64,000 nt of DNA from Elusimicrobiota bacterium (GCA_029267355.1 JAJUJA010000004.1:1404-65403), one strand, 5' to 3'. Shown: positions 18,725 through 27,966, counted from the first letter of the stretch. Numbers and translations: made by a program. The notes: generated by a model from the letters alone, not told the origin.

Positions 18725-20119
18725 TTAAAGAGGCTCTTCCTCTACCACTATCTTTTCCACATCTTTGGGAACCGGGTTTGTGAACTTTGTGTATTCTGGT
18801 ATGAATCCTATGTGAATATCTTTTACGGCGCCGTTTCTATTCTTGGCTATTATCAGCGTAGCGTCATTTTTTTCTTCTTCCTTCTTGCTGTAATAGTAAT
18901 TCCTGTGTATCATGGCCACCACATCAGCATCCTGCTCCAGAGAGCCTGATTCTCTCAGATCCGAAAGCTGAGGCACATTGCCTTCCCTGCTTCTGTCTTC
19001 TGTTCTTCTGTTTAACTGAGACAGAGCGATTACCGGCACATTCAATGTTCTGGCCATATCCTTGAGAAGCCTTGATATTTCAGAAACTTCCTGCTGTCTG
19101 CTTTCAACCTTACCCCTGCCTCTTATCAGCTGCAGGTAGTCTATTATGATCAGCATCTTGTCAAAATTGGGGTCTTTGGCCTTTAACTCAAGCATCAATT
19201 TTCTCGCTCTTGACCTTATATCCATTATGCTTAAGCCCGGCGTATCATCTATCCATATTTTGCCGGAGCTGAAATTGGAAACTATGCCTGTGAGATTTGT
19301 AAATTCTTCCCTGGAAAAGCGGCCGTATCTGACCTTTGAAACGTCTATGCCCGCCACCGAGCATATCATCCTGTTTACCAGGGATATTCTGTCCATTTCC
19401 AGAGAGAAAAATATGACCGGAATTTTTTTCTCCATTTCAACTGCAGCATGGTAGGCAATGTTCAAAGCCAGCGCGGTTTTTCCCTGAGACGGCCTGGCCG
19501 CCAGTATTATGAATTCCGACTTTTGAAACCCCCCCGTGGCCTGATCAAATTCCGTAAAACCGCTCGGAACGCCGGTAATCCTGTTTCTGTTGGCATAAAG
19601 CACCGAAAGATTTTCAGTGTATTCGCTGGCCAGAGAAGAGGCGTCAAAAAAGCCGTGCTCTGCATTTTTTTGAGAAATTTCAAAGGCCGATTTCTGGGCA
19701 AAATCCAGTATGGAGTCCAGCTCCTCTGTCTGCTCATAAGCTTTTTCTATGGTCTGTGTGGAAGTTTTTATAAGCTCCCTGAGAATGTACTTTTCTTTTA
19801 CTATCTTGGCATAGTTCCTGTTATGCGCCGGCGTGCTTACGGACTCTATAAGTTCAGCTATGTATTTCTGGCCGCCTATGCCTTCCAGTTTTCCCGCTTT
19901 CTTAAGCTCTTCTGAAACCGTTATCAAATCAACAGCTTTTTTTCTGTCATGAAGCGAAATTACAGTTTCGTATATGAGCCTGTTATTATCGCTGTAGAAA
20001 TGTTCAGGTTTGAGTATTTCCGAGACGGAATCTATACTGTCTTTGCTTATAAGCATGGAGCCGAGCACAGCCATCTCGGCTTCCAAAGAATGGGGATAAA
20101 TCTTACTGACAGAGCCCAT
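18725..20119 (-). CDS. dnaB: Replicative DNA helicase DnaB
   Basis: PHSLEAEMAVLGSML N-terminus and Walker A ARPSQGKT. Size is normal and there is no intein. Confidence 0.95.
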   Translation of the reverse strand: MGSVSKIYPHSLEAEMAVLGSMLISKDSIDSVSEILKPEHFYSDNNRLIYETVISLHDRKKAVDLITVSEELKKAGKLEGIGGQKYIAELIESVSTPAHNRNYAKIVKEKYILRELIKTSTQTIEKAYEQTEELDSILDFAQKSAFEISQKNAEHGFFDASSLASEYTENLSVLYANRNRITGVPSGFTEFDQATGGFQKSEFIILAARPSQGKTALALNIAYHAAVEMEKKIPVIFFSLEMDRISLVNRMICSVAGIDVSKVRYGRFSREEFTNLTGIVSNFSSGKIWIDDTPGLSIMDIRSRARKLMLELKAKDPNFDKMLIIIDYLQLIRGRGKVESRQQEVSEISRLLKDMARTLNVPVIALSQLNRRTEDRSREGNVPQLSDLRESGSLEQDADVVAMIHRNYYYSKKEEEKNDATLIIAKNRNGAVKDIHIGFIPEYTKFTNPVPKDVEKIVVEEEPL

Positions 20120-20162
20120 AGCCCCTCCGGAAAGGAAGAAAGAAATTTGTACAAAAAACGGT

Positions 20163-20609
20163 TTAGTTCTGAGGCGTTACGCTGACCTTTATTTTGGCGG
20201 ACACATCGCTGTTGAGATAAACCGGTATCTCATAGTTCCCGATCGCCTTTATTGAAGCCGGCATATCCAGCATTTCTCTGCTTATCTCTATATCAGCGGC
20301 CTTCAAAGACTTCAATATATCGCTCTTGGCCACTGAACCGAACATCTGGCCTTCCTCATTTACTTTTCTTGAAAATGAAAGCGTTATGGCGGAAATCTTT
20401 TCTGCTACGGCAGAAAGAGCCTTATTTTCCTGTTCTCTTTTCTTTTTTCTTCTTTCCTCAGCCGACTTCCAGGATTTTACGGCGCCTTCCGTAGCCAGCT
20501 CTGCGATGCCGCGGGGCAGCAGATAATTTCTGGCATAGCCGTCTTTTACCTGCTTGATATCGCCGGCCCTGCCCAAAGTTCTCAAATCTTTCTTAAGGAT
20601 AACCTTCAT
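20163..20609 (-). CDS. rplI: 50S ribosomal protein L9
   Basis: MKVILKKDL..G..G.IKQVKDGYARNYLLPRG. Confidence 0.95.
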   Translation of the reverse strand: MKVILKKDLRTLGRAGDIKQVKDGYARNYLLPRGIAELATEGAVKSWKSAEERRKKKREQENKALSAVAEKISAITLSFSRKVNEEGQMFGSVAKSDILKSLKAADIEISREMLDMPASIKAIGNYEIPVYLNSDVSAKIKVSVTPQN

Positions 20610-20622
20610 AAAAAACCTCCGT

Positions 20623-20934
20623 TCAATCGTTGTAAGGCAGTAAAGCCAGATTTCTGTTGATCTTTATGGCTCTGGCAAGCTGTCTCTGATGCTTAGCGCA
20701 GGCGCCGGTAACTTTTCTGGGCAGTATTCTGCCTGTTTCGGTGCAATACGGCTTTATGAGATGGAACTGCTTATAGTCCACATGCTTTATTTTTTCAGCG
20801 CAAAGTCTGCAAACCTTTTTCTTGTTTGAAAAATGCCTTCTGAAAGGCCTTCTTGCTCCGGCTTCCGCCTTGCCTTCCTGCCTGTTTTCCGCCGGGGCCT
20901 GATTTTCTGTTTTGACGTTTTCATTGTTTTCCAT
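20623..20934 (-). CDS. rpsR: 30S ribosomal protein S18 (with an N-terminal extension)
   Basis: ..DYKQFHLIKPYCTETGRILPRKVTGACAKHQRQLARAIK.. Confidence 0.95.
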   Translation of the reverse strand: MENNENVKTENQAPAENRQEGKAEAGARRPFRRHFSNKKKVCRLCAEKIKHVDYKQFHLIKPYCTETGRILPRKVTGACAKHQRQLARAIKINRNLALLPYND

Positions 20935-20948
20935 AAACTTCTCCTGTT

Positions 20949-21389
20949 TTAAAACGGTGTTTCCTCTTCGCTTATACCGCTAACTGAACTTGTTCCGTTT
21001 TCATTTTCCTCAAGCGTTTCGTCGGCCTCATTGCTTTCTTTTGAAGCCGAAGCGAGAAATTGCACTCTGTTCGCCACAACCTTAAGAGTCTTTCTGTTCT
21101 GTCCGTCCTTGCCGGTATACTCGCCTGAAGCAAGACGGCCTTCAACATGAACCGGACTTCCCTTTTTAAGCTTGTCCTTACATCTGTCGGCTATCGCTCC
21201 CCAGGCAACCACCGGGATGAAAGAGACATCGTCTTTCCACTCATTGGATGCCTTGTCCAGATACCTTCTGTTGACGGCAACATCAAAAGTGCATACAGCC
21301 GACCCTTTCTGCGTATGAGACACATTAGGGTCCCGGGTCAGACGCCCGGTTATAACTACGCTGTTTTGCTCAGGCAATTTAAGATTCAT
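20949..21389 (-). CDS. ssb: Single-stranded DNA-binding protein
   Basis: OB-fold pattern NSVVITGRLTRDP.. with an acidic C-terminal tip EEETPF. The start is moved to ATG 21389, directly after the rpsF stop. Confidence 0.9.
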   Translation of the reverse strand: MNLKLPEQNSVVITGRLTRDPNVSHTQKGSAVCTFDVAVNRRYLDKASNEWKDDVSFIPVVAWGAIADRCKDKLKKGSPVHVEGRLASGEYTGKDGQNRKTLKVVANRVQFLASASKESNEADETLEENENGTSSVSGISEEETPF

Positions 21390-21390
21390 G

Positions 21391-21693
21391 TTATTTCTTT
21401 GCAGTTTCAACCGTTTCGTTGACTATCGAAACCCTTAAAATATTTTCCTGAACTTTGAGATTGAAATTTATCTCCTTTATCGAGGAGGCCGGAGCCTTAA
21501 ACTTCATATACGCGTAGAAACCGTCTCTGTTCTTTTTTATCTGATGATAGAATCTCTTCCTGCCAAGCATATCTTCGGTAAGAATTTCGCCATGATTGGA
21601 AGAGATGATTTTCTTATACTTTTCCAGCTCTTCTTTAACCTGAGTATCGGAAAGCTGAGGGTTTAACACCAATATCAATTCGTAATTTTTCAT
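21391..21693 (-). CDS. rpsF: 30S ribosomal protein S6
   Basis: MKNYELILVLNPQLSD.. is a typical S6 N-terminus, and the rpsF-ssb-rpsR-rplI order is conserved. Confidence 0.95.
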   Translation of the reverse strand: MKNYELILVLNPQLSDTQVKEELEKYKKIISSNHGEILTEDMLGRKRFYHQIKKNRDGFYAYMKFKAPASSIKEINFNLKVQENILRVSIVNETVETAKK

Positions 21694-21699
21694 AGTATA

Positions 21700-22452
21700 T
21701 CAATTATACCATATTTTGGGCGAGTTTAAGAGTTTTTTTTCCAAAGCTCTGACGGCGGCAGCCAATTTTTCTTCATTTCCTATATCATGCCAAAGGCCGT
21801 TTTCATACTCAAAACAGGCTATTTCTCCCCCCCTGCCGGCCGTGTCCAGATACAGTTGAGTAAGCGGGAATTTTTCTTCATTGGGGAAAAAGGCGAAAAT
21901 ATCGGGCGAGAGCAGCTGTATGCCGCAAAAAGGCAGAATTTTTTCTATTTTGGCCGTTTTTTTAACTATCTTTTCTCCAGTTTTATCATTAAGCCAGCCG
22001 CAAAGCGAGTTTTTTTCGTCAAAGATGAACTTCCTTGAGGCCGGCCTTTTTTTAACGGCCAGAAGGCCCAGAACCGGTTTCCTGTCAAACTCTTTTCTCA
22101 TAAGATTCAAGTCAAAATCGCAAAGTATATCGCTGTTATAGACAAAGAAACTCTTTTCGCCTTTGAAAAGCTGAGCCGCTTTTTTCAGACCCCCGCCCGT
22201 GTCCAGAAGGTAATCCTCCCTTGAGATATAAAAATCGGCACCGAAATATTTCTTTTCTTTCAAAAAACTTTCAACCTTATCGGCAAGATGCCATGTGTTT
22301 ATGACAAAACTGAAAACCCCCGCTTTTTTAAGATTCTCCACAGCCCTTTCAAGCATTGTCTTTCCGCCTATTTCTATAAGCGGCTTGGGCACAGTATCCG
22401 TTATCGGCCTTAATCTCTCGCCGCGGCCGGCGGCCAGTATCATCGCCTTCAT
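21700..22452 (-). CDS. murU: Sugar-1-phosphate nucleotidyltransferase, MurU-like (N-acetylmuramate-1-P uridylyltransferase candidate)
   Basis: The N-terminus MKAMILAAGRGERLRPITDTVPKPLIEIGGKTMLE closely resembles Pseudomonas MurU. It lies in the same strand block as an AmgK-like kinase. Confidence 0.6.
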   Translation of the reverse strand: MKAMILAAGRGERLRPITDTVPKPLIEIGGKTMLERAVENLKKAGVFSFVINTWHLADKVESFLKEKKYFGADFYISREDYLLDTGGGLKKAAQLFKGEKSFFVYNSDILCDFDLNLMRKEFDRKPVLGLLAVKKRPASRKFIFDEKNSLCGWLNDKTGEKIVKKTAKIEKILPFCGIQLLSPDIFAFFPNEEKFPLTQLYLDTAGRGGEIACFEYENGLWHDIGNEEKLAAAVRALEKKLLNSPKIWYN

Positions 22453-22991
22453 TTCATTATCTCTATCTGTCCTATTGACGGCTGCGGCACAAGGGCGGTT
22501 GAAACGGCGCTGACGCCTTCAGACACATACATACAGGCTATTATAACCACCGCCGAAAGAAGAATCCCTACAGCCAAATTTCCTTTTTGCAGTTCCCGGC
22601 CGGCATGGAGTTTTTCGCGGCTCAATCTGCCGAAAAGCCTCAAGGCGACTGAAATGGTAATTACAGCGGCGGCCATGGTTATGAACAAATGTCCGGCAGA
22701 CATCAGCGCAAGCTTCCATAAGGCGATATTATTCTCGCCGGGCGCCGACATATAAAGCCTGAACATGCTTACCACTGAAGAAATCGCTTTTTGAAGCATT
22801 GAAGAGGCCGAAAAAAGAATGGAAGCCACAAGCACGCCCACAGCGGTATTGCCTTTGGCTATCTCTTCTTCCATATCAAAGTCCGGATTAGCCCTTATGA
22901 ATATGCGGTAAGTAACATATATTACCAGTCCCGACATTAAAACTGCCAGAAGAAACTCAAACACGCTGACTATTATTCTTATGCTGAACAT
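22449..22991 (-). CDS. Tandem DUF350-domain membrane protein
   Basis: Two repeats each carry the DUF350 hallmark (EEIAKGNTAVGVLVA.. and RELQKGNLAVGILLS..). 4-nt overlap with murU. Confidence 0.7.
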   Translation of the reverse strand: MFSIRIIVSVFEFLLAVLMSGLVIYVTYRIFIRANPDFDMEEEIAKGNTAVGVLVASILFSASSMLQKAISSVVSMFRLYMSAPGENNIALWKLALMSAGHLFITMAAAVITISVALRLFGRLSREKLHAGRELQKGNLAVGILLSAVVIIACMYVSEGVSAVSTALVPQPSIGQIEIMK

Positions 22992-23004
22992 AACTCCTCC
23001 TTAA

Positions 23005-24087
23005 TTAAAAAAACGGCTCAATAGCATAACCCTTTGAACCGCCAAGCAGAGCCTTTGTATTGGCTCCAACCTGCCCCGGCATAAGCCAGGCCGGACCGGC
23101 AGGCTCTATGAGGACATATTCCAGTCCTTCATATCTGACGAATAAATCTCCCTTGGCCGGAATCCTTCTTAAACCCATAAGATAATGCCCCGGCACCGAT
23201 ATTCCGACCATTTTCACTCCGCTCCAATTGCCAAGTATTGAAGCAAGCACTCCCGTTTTGGTATCGCAATCTCCCCAGCCGCTTATAACTGCCTTAAGCG
23301 GAGGCAATATGCCGCAGGTATGAAGAGAGCCTTCTTTTGAAGGCGGGATCTTATATTTTACCGCAGTCTGCACCATTGAAACCGCAGCGCCTACGGTATC
23401 CTCCGAAGAATATCGTCTGGCCTTTGATATATTTTGTATAGCCAGGGCCAGCGGCTTAAGCTCATTTATATTCCTTCTCACTATGTTCGGCATATCGCAA
23501 ACCACTATATTGCCTTCTCTTAAAGCCAGGCCGCGCTTGTAAAAAAGAGCCCTGAGCCTGGTATCATATTCCTCGCTGACCCTCTCTGCCGCCTTATCGG
23601 CCTCGCCGCGGCCGCCCTTAGCATATGCTTTTTTCCATTCCTCCTGCAAGGTTTTTTGACGCCACTGTTTAAGGGTCTCATATTCCTCGTCTCTATAGCC
23701 GTAATTTTTAAGATATTCAGCGAGATATTTTTGAGAAACAGAAAAAGAGACAGAAAGTCTGTCTTTGTTGAAATTTATAAATTCATACCTTGCCTTCAAA
23801 AGGCCTGCGCCTGCTGATATTTTTTGGGCAGTTCCGGTCTCCTTTTTATTTTTCAAAACCTCGGCATTGCCTGTTTCTTCGGCTTCATCCTCTTCCCCGG
23901 CATCCTCATCTTCTCCGTCCCGGGCATCTTCTTCCTCTTCGTTTTCATAGTCCCCGCCGTAAAGCAAATCTCCGCCGCAGGCAGGCAAATTTAACTTTTC
24001 CTGCCATTGAAAAGCCAAATAAAAATTCATGATAAAAGACAAAAAGCCGAGAAAAGCGAATGCATATATTTGAGTTGAGTTTTTCAT
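23005..24087 (-). CDS. Membrane-anchored protein with an acidic linker and a transglutaminase-like (Cys-His-Glu) putative peptidase domain
   Basis: N-terminal TM, then a D/E-rich stretch (EEEEDARDGEDEDAGEEDEAEE). The C-terminal region reads GWGDCDTKTGVLASIL .. PGHYLMGL .. YVLIEP, resembling a transglutaminase-core triad. Confidence 0.45.
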   Translation of the reverse strand: MKNSTQIYAFAFLGFLSFIMNFYLAFQWQEKLNLPACGGDLLYGGDYENEEEEDARDGEDEDAGEEDEAEETGNAEVLKNKKETGTAQKISAGAGLLKARYEFINFNKDRLSVSFSVSQKYLAEYLKNYGYRDEEYETLKQWRQKTLQEEWKKAYAKGGRGEADKAAERVSEEYDTRLRALFYKRGLALREGNIVVCDMPNIVRRNINELKPLALAIQNISKARRYSSEDTVGAAVSMVQTAVKYKIPPSKEGSLHTCGILPPLKAVISGWGDCDTKTGVLASILGNWSGVKMVGISVPGHYLMGLRRIPAKGDLFVRYEGLEYVLIEPAGPAWLMPGQVGANTKALLGGSKGYAIEPFF

Positions 24088-24138
24088 TTTTTAAAGTTCA
24101 GAAATTAATGATACAAAAAAACGAATATCCCGTGTATA

Positions 24139-24540
24139 TCAAAGTTCGGCAAATAAAAAGGAAATCAGGGATATATAAGCTATGACAGCGATTATATGTC
24201 TGGGCAAAATGCCGTATGAAAAAATAAAAATGATGCCGGCTATTGATAATGCCGAAAAAAGAACGCGCTTTGCAGCCGGAATGCTGAAAAAAATCTCATC
24301 CCGGCTGAAAATTGAAATCAGCGGCTCTGCGGGCAATTTGTTTATTCTCAGATACAGAGACCTTATAGACCACAGGAAAAATCCTGCAAACAGGGCGCAG
24401 ACAAAGATCAGAAAGGCAAAAAGAATAATTTTGTTCAGAGCAGGCATTTCGCCGGCATTTCTTAAATAAAGCTGAAAACCGTAAACACCGCAAGTCACAG
24501 CAAAGGAAAACTTAAAAAGGCTCCAGGCCCTGCTTTTCAT
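24139..24540 (-). CDS. Four-TM membrane protein, unknown function
   Basis: Hydrophobic profile only. 4-nt overlap with the upstream kinase gene. Confidence 0.55.
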   Translation of the reverse strand: MKSRAWSLFKFSFAVTCGVYGFQLYLRNAGEMPALNKIILFAFLIFVCALFAGFFLWSIRSLYLRINKLPAEPLISIFSRDEIFFSIPAAKRVLFSALSIAGIIFIFSYGILPRHIIAVIAYISLISFLFAEL

Positions 24541-26015
24541 TTTTTTCTCTCTTCTATTTCCCTGTGAGAAAGCTCTACTCTTACTCCCTTAACAGCACGT
24601 AAAGCGGCAGCCATTTTCTCTGCCATAAAAACCGAGCGGTGTCTGCCGCCTGTGCAGCCGAAAGAAACAGAAAGATCCGTGAAATTCCTTGAGAGATAAT
24701 TATCTACGGAAAGCATAACAAGCGAATGCGCATTTTCAAAAAATTTTTCAGCCTGAGGGCTTTGACTAAGATAAGAGGCCACCTGAGGGTCCCTGCCGGT
24801 CATTTCTTTGTACTTCTCCTCTCTGCCGGGATTAGGCAGACATCGGCAATCAAAAACAAAGCCGCCGTTATGTCCGCTGAAATCGTCAGGAATCCCATTC
24901 TTATATGAAAAACTTTTAATCCTTACCGTAAGCCCGAGTTTTTTGGCCTGAAAATTCCTCAAATATGTTGAGGAAACTATCCTTTCAAAAACTTTTGTAA
25001 GCTCCGGAAGTTTTACAGGAAGGCTGGCATTAGACAAAAGCCATTCAATATTTTTTATGACATAAGGCACGCTTTGAAGAAAATGCGTTTTCTTCTCATA
25101 AAAGCCTCTAAGGCCGTACGCTCCCATGGCCTGCATAAGCCTTATATAAACGAAAGGGTAGTAAAAATTAAGGAACTCCTCCCTATCAACAGCCGATTTT
25201 ATCTCCGGCAGAGTCAGATACCAGTCAAGCAGGCGCTCTCTTGCTTCTATGGTCAGGTCCGCCTTGGCATCAAATAAAAGAGAAGCCACATCGTATTGAA
25301 GAGCTCCTTTGCGGCCGCCCTGATAATCTATAAAAAAAACGTCTCCGTTTTTTACCATTATATTTCTTGACTGGAAATCTCTGTAAAGGAAAAAATCGCT
25401 TTTAGCCGAAACCAGCAGATCGGCAAGTACATTATAGTCATTTTCAAGTTTTTGCTCATTGAAGGCTATGCCTGCCAGCTTTACGAAATAATATTTGAAA
25501 TAATTCAGGTCCCACATTATGGACTGTCTGTCAAAAGCGGCTCTCGGATAGCAAAGTTTGAGGTCCAGATCCCTTATGCCGAGGGTCTGAAATCTGGCCA
25601 GCTGAGCCAGCGCCTTTTTGTAAAGCTCAAGGGCCTCTTTGGGAAACGAATCGTCCTTTCTCAATGATATCAGCACATCAAAAAGCGTGCTGTCGCCAAG
25701 ATCAGTCTCAAGATAAACTTTATTGGCCTCATCAAAGGCGTAAATCTCCGGCACAGGCAGTCCGAGAGATTTAAAATGCCTCGAAAAACCGACAAAAGCC
25801 CTGTTTTCAAGTTTATCCGGCCCGCAAACCCCGACGGCAGAAATACCTGGCGAGCTTAATCTGAAAAGTTTCCTGTTTGAGCCGTCAGCTTTCAAATCTG
25901 AAATTCTTGACGGCTCTTTGCGGTAAACGGAGACAAAAAGGGCGGCAAGGTTTTTGCAGTACTTTTCCTTATCGCTATTGTCCATATCAGGCCTGGGAAC
26001 GCTCTTGCTGCTCAA
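24537..26015 (-). CDS. Fusion protein: AmgK/APH-type sugar kinase domain plus RapZ C-terminal domain
   Basis: The N-terminal ~340 aa have an APH-fold catalytic loop LYRDFQSRNIMV and FIDYQGG, as in the AmgK/COG3178 family. The C-terminal ~140 aa align closely with the E. coli RapZ C-domain (FDCRCLPNP..MTGRD.., GCTGGRHRSVFMAEKMA). Confidence 0.75.
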   Translation of the reverse strand: MSSKSVPRPDMDNSDKEKYCKNLAALFVSVYRKEPSRISDLKADGSNRKLFRLSSPGISAVGVCGPDKLENRAFVGFSRHFKSLGLPVPEIYAFDEANKVYLETDLGDSTLFDVLISLRKDDSFPKEALELYKKALAQLARFQTLGIRDLDLKLCYPRAAFDRQSIMWDLNYFKYYFVKLAGIAFNEQKLENDYNVLADLLVSAKSDFFLYRDFQSRNIMVKNGDVFFIDYQGGRKGALQYDVASLLFDAKADLTIEARERLLDWYLTLPEIKSAVDREEFLNFYYPFVYIRLMQAMGAYGLRGFYEKKTHFLQSVPYVIKNIEWLLSNASLPVKLPELTKVFERIVSSTYLRNFQAKKLGLTVRIKSFSYKNGIPDDFSGHNGGFVFDCRCLPNPGREEKYKEMTGRDPQVASYLSQSPQAEKFFENAHSLVMLSVDNYLSRNFTDLSVSFGCTGGRHRSVFMAEKMAAALRAVKGVRVELSHREIEERKK

Positions 26016-27966
26016 TTTGAGCGCCTATGCTTTTAAGAAAAGCGTTGATATCCGCTTCCCTGCCCAAAAACTGCCTGGCCTGCTCATTTTCATCAACTGA
26101 ACCGCCTTTTGAGAGTATGCAGTCAATGTATCTTTTGCCGGTCTCAGGGTTGAGTATTCCTTCTTTCTCAAAAACGGAAAACACGTCAGCCGCTATGACC
26201 TCGCTCCACAAATAGCTGTAATAGCCGGCCTGATATCCGCCCATAAGATGGCCGAAGCTGGCCTGAGGATGAGTGCCGGGCGTCATAGGTATGAAGAAAA
26301 TTTTCTTCATAAGCTTTTCATAGAGAGCGGTAGTGTCCGCCTTTGATTTTGTATGGTATTTTATGTCCAGTATGCTGAAAAAAAGCTGCCTGAGATAAAA
26401 AAGGCCGCTGTCCATATTTTTGCTTTCCATGAGCTTGTTTATTATTTCATCAGGCAATTTTTCACCTGTCTTGTAATGCGAAGAAATTTTCTTTAGCGCC
26501 TGAGGATAATAGGCCCAGTTCTCAAGCATTTTTGAAGGCACCTCAACAAAGTCCATGCTCGTATTTGTGCCTGAGAATCTGCCGTATTCGGATCTTGTGA
26601 ATATATTATGAGTTACATGGCCGAATTCATGAAAAAGAGTGACAACTTCGTCAAACTTTAAAAGAGAAGGCGAGTCAGGTCCGGCAGGCGTAAAATTTGA
26701 AACTATGGCCGCAGCAGGCAGCTGATAAACGCCGCCTTCTATTCTTCTGCCTTTCCTTATGCCGAAACAGGCCGCGTGCTTATATTTGCCCTCCCTGGGG
26801 AAAAGGTCAAAATAAAAATAGGCAAAAGTTTTACCGGAAATGTCCTTGACCTCGTAAGTCCTTACATCATTATGCCACTTATCAAGAGCGGCCGGCTCAA
26901 ATTTCACCGAAAATACCGCTCCGAAAGTCTCAAACATGCCGTTTATGACGGTTTCAAGCGGGAAATACTCTTTGATCTTTTCATGGTCTATTGAGTATTT
27001 CTCCTTTTTGAGAAAATTATTGTAAAAGCGCCATTCCCAGTTATGCATCGTTTTTTCATCAAGCCCCGAGAATTTCTTCTTGATCTTTATCCTTTCTTTC
27101 AGCTCTTTTTTGCCTTTTTTTATTACGGCTTTGTGCAGTTTCTCCAGAAAAGCCGATATATTATCGGCGCTTTTGGCCATTCTGTCGGCAGCGGCATAGT
27201 CTGCAAAGGTCTTATAGCCGAGCATTTTCGCTATCTTTGCCCTTAAAGCTATGGCTTTTTCCATCAGTTCGGTGTTTTTCTGGGCGCAGCGGTTATTGAA
27301 CAGGAATTCCATTTTTTTCCTTGTAGCGGCATTGGAGCAATTATCCATAAGAGGTATATAGTCCGGATAGTTGACGGTTACAATGTACTTGCCGGAAGGG
27401 CTCTTTTTAAGCCTGGCCTTATAATCCTCGCCCATTCCTTCAAGCTCGGCATCGTCAAATTCGCCGTAATCCTCAACTTCTCTGAGATTTTTTGAAAATT
27501 CCAGCTCAAGGTTGACCAGCTCTTTCATCAGGGCCTTGAGCTTCTCTCTCTTTTTCTTCTCAAGTCCGAGTCCGTTTTGCTTAAATTCAAAAAGAATCTT
27601 TTCAAGAAGGCGCTTCTCTGTTTCGTTTATATTTTCTCCAAGCCCGGCATACTCGCTAAGAGCGTTGAAAATGTCTTCTCTGGTATAAATATCTATAGAA
27701 TACTGGCTTATTTTCAGTTCAAGCTCCTGGGCAGCTTTCCTGTTCTGGGGATTATCCGAAACATAGGCCATAAAAATCGGTATATTTACATAATCGCTGA
27801 AATCGCTTAAAGCGCCTTCAAAAGCGGCTACGGTATTATGAAAATTTCTTTTTTCCTTAGGATAGGACGCAATCACTGAAAGACGGCTTTCCAAAGTTTT
27901 TATAGCCGTATCGGCCACAGAGTTTATATATTCCGGAGTAAGGTTGAAAACAGGCGCTTGTTCCAT
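25987..27966 (-). CDS. M3-family zinc oligopeptidase (thimet/oligopeptidase A-like), cytoplasmic
   Basis: HEXXH as LFHEFGHVTHN and an M3A-like length. No signal peptide. 29-nt overlap with the downstream kinase gene. Confidence 0.85.
   Translation of the reverse strand: MEQAPVFNLTPEYINSVADTAIKTLESRLSVIASYPKEKRNFHNTVAAFEGALSDFSDYVNIPIFMAYVSDNPQNRKAAQELELKISQYSIDIYTREDIFNALSEYAGLGENINETEKRLLEKILFEFKQNGLGLEKKKREKLKALMKELVNLELEFSKNLREVEDYGEFDDAELEGMGEDYKARLKKSPSGKYIVTVNYPDYIPLMDNCSNAATRKKMEFLFNNRCAQKNTELMEKAIALRAKIAKMLGYKTFADYAAADRMAKSADNISAFLEKLHKAVIKKGKKELKERIKIKKKFSGLDEKTMHNWEWRFYNNFLKKEKYSIDHEKIKEYFPLETVINGMFETFGAVFSVKFEPAALDKWHNDVRTYEVKDISGKTFAYFYFDLFPREGKYKHAACFGIRKGRRIEGGVYQLPAAAIVSNFTPAGPDSPSLLKFDEVVTLFHEFGHVTHNIFTRSEYGRFSGTNTSMDFVEVPSKMLENWAYYPQALKKISSHYKTGEKLPDEIINKLMESKNMDSGLFYLRQLFFSILDIKYHTKSKADTTALYEKLMKKIFFIPMTPGTHPQASFGHLMGGYQAGYYSYLWSEVIAADVFSVFEKEGILNPETGKRYIDCILSKGGSVDENEQARQFLGREADINAFLKSIGAQIEQQERSQA

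Noticed and set aside
23850-23960. Apparent DNA repeat inside the transglutaminase-like gene
   Set aside because: It is a compositionally biased GAA/GAG/GAT run encoding the acidic linker, not a defined tandem repeat unit.
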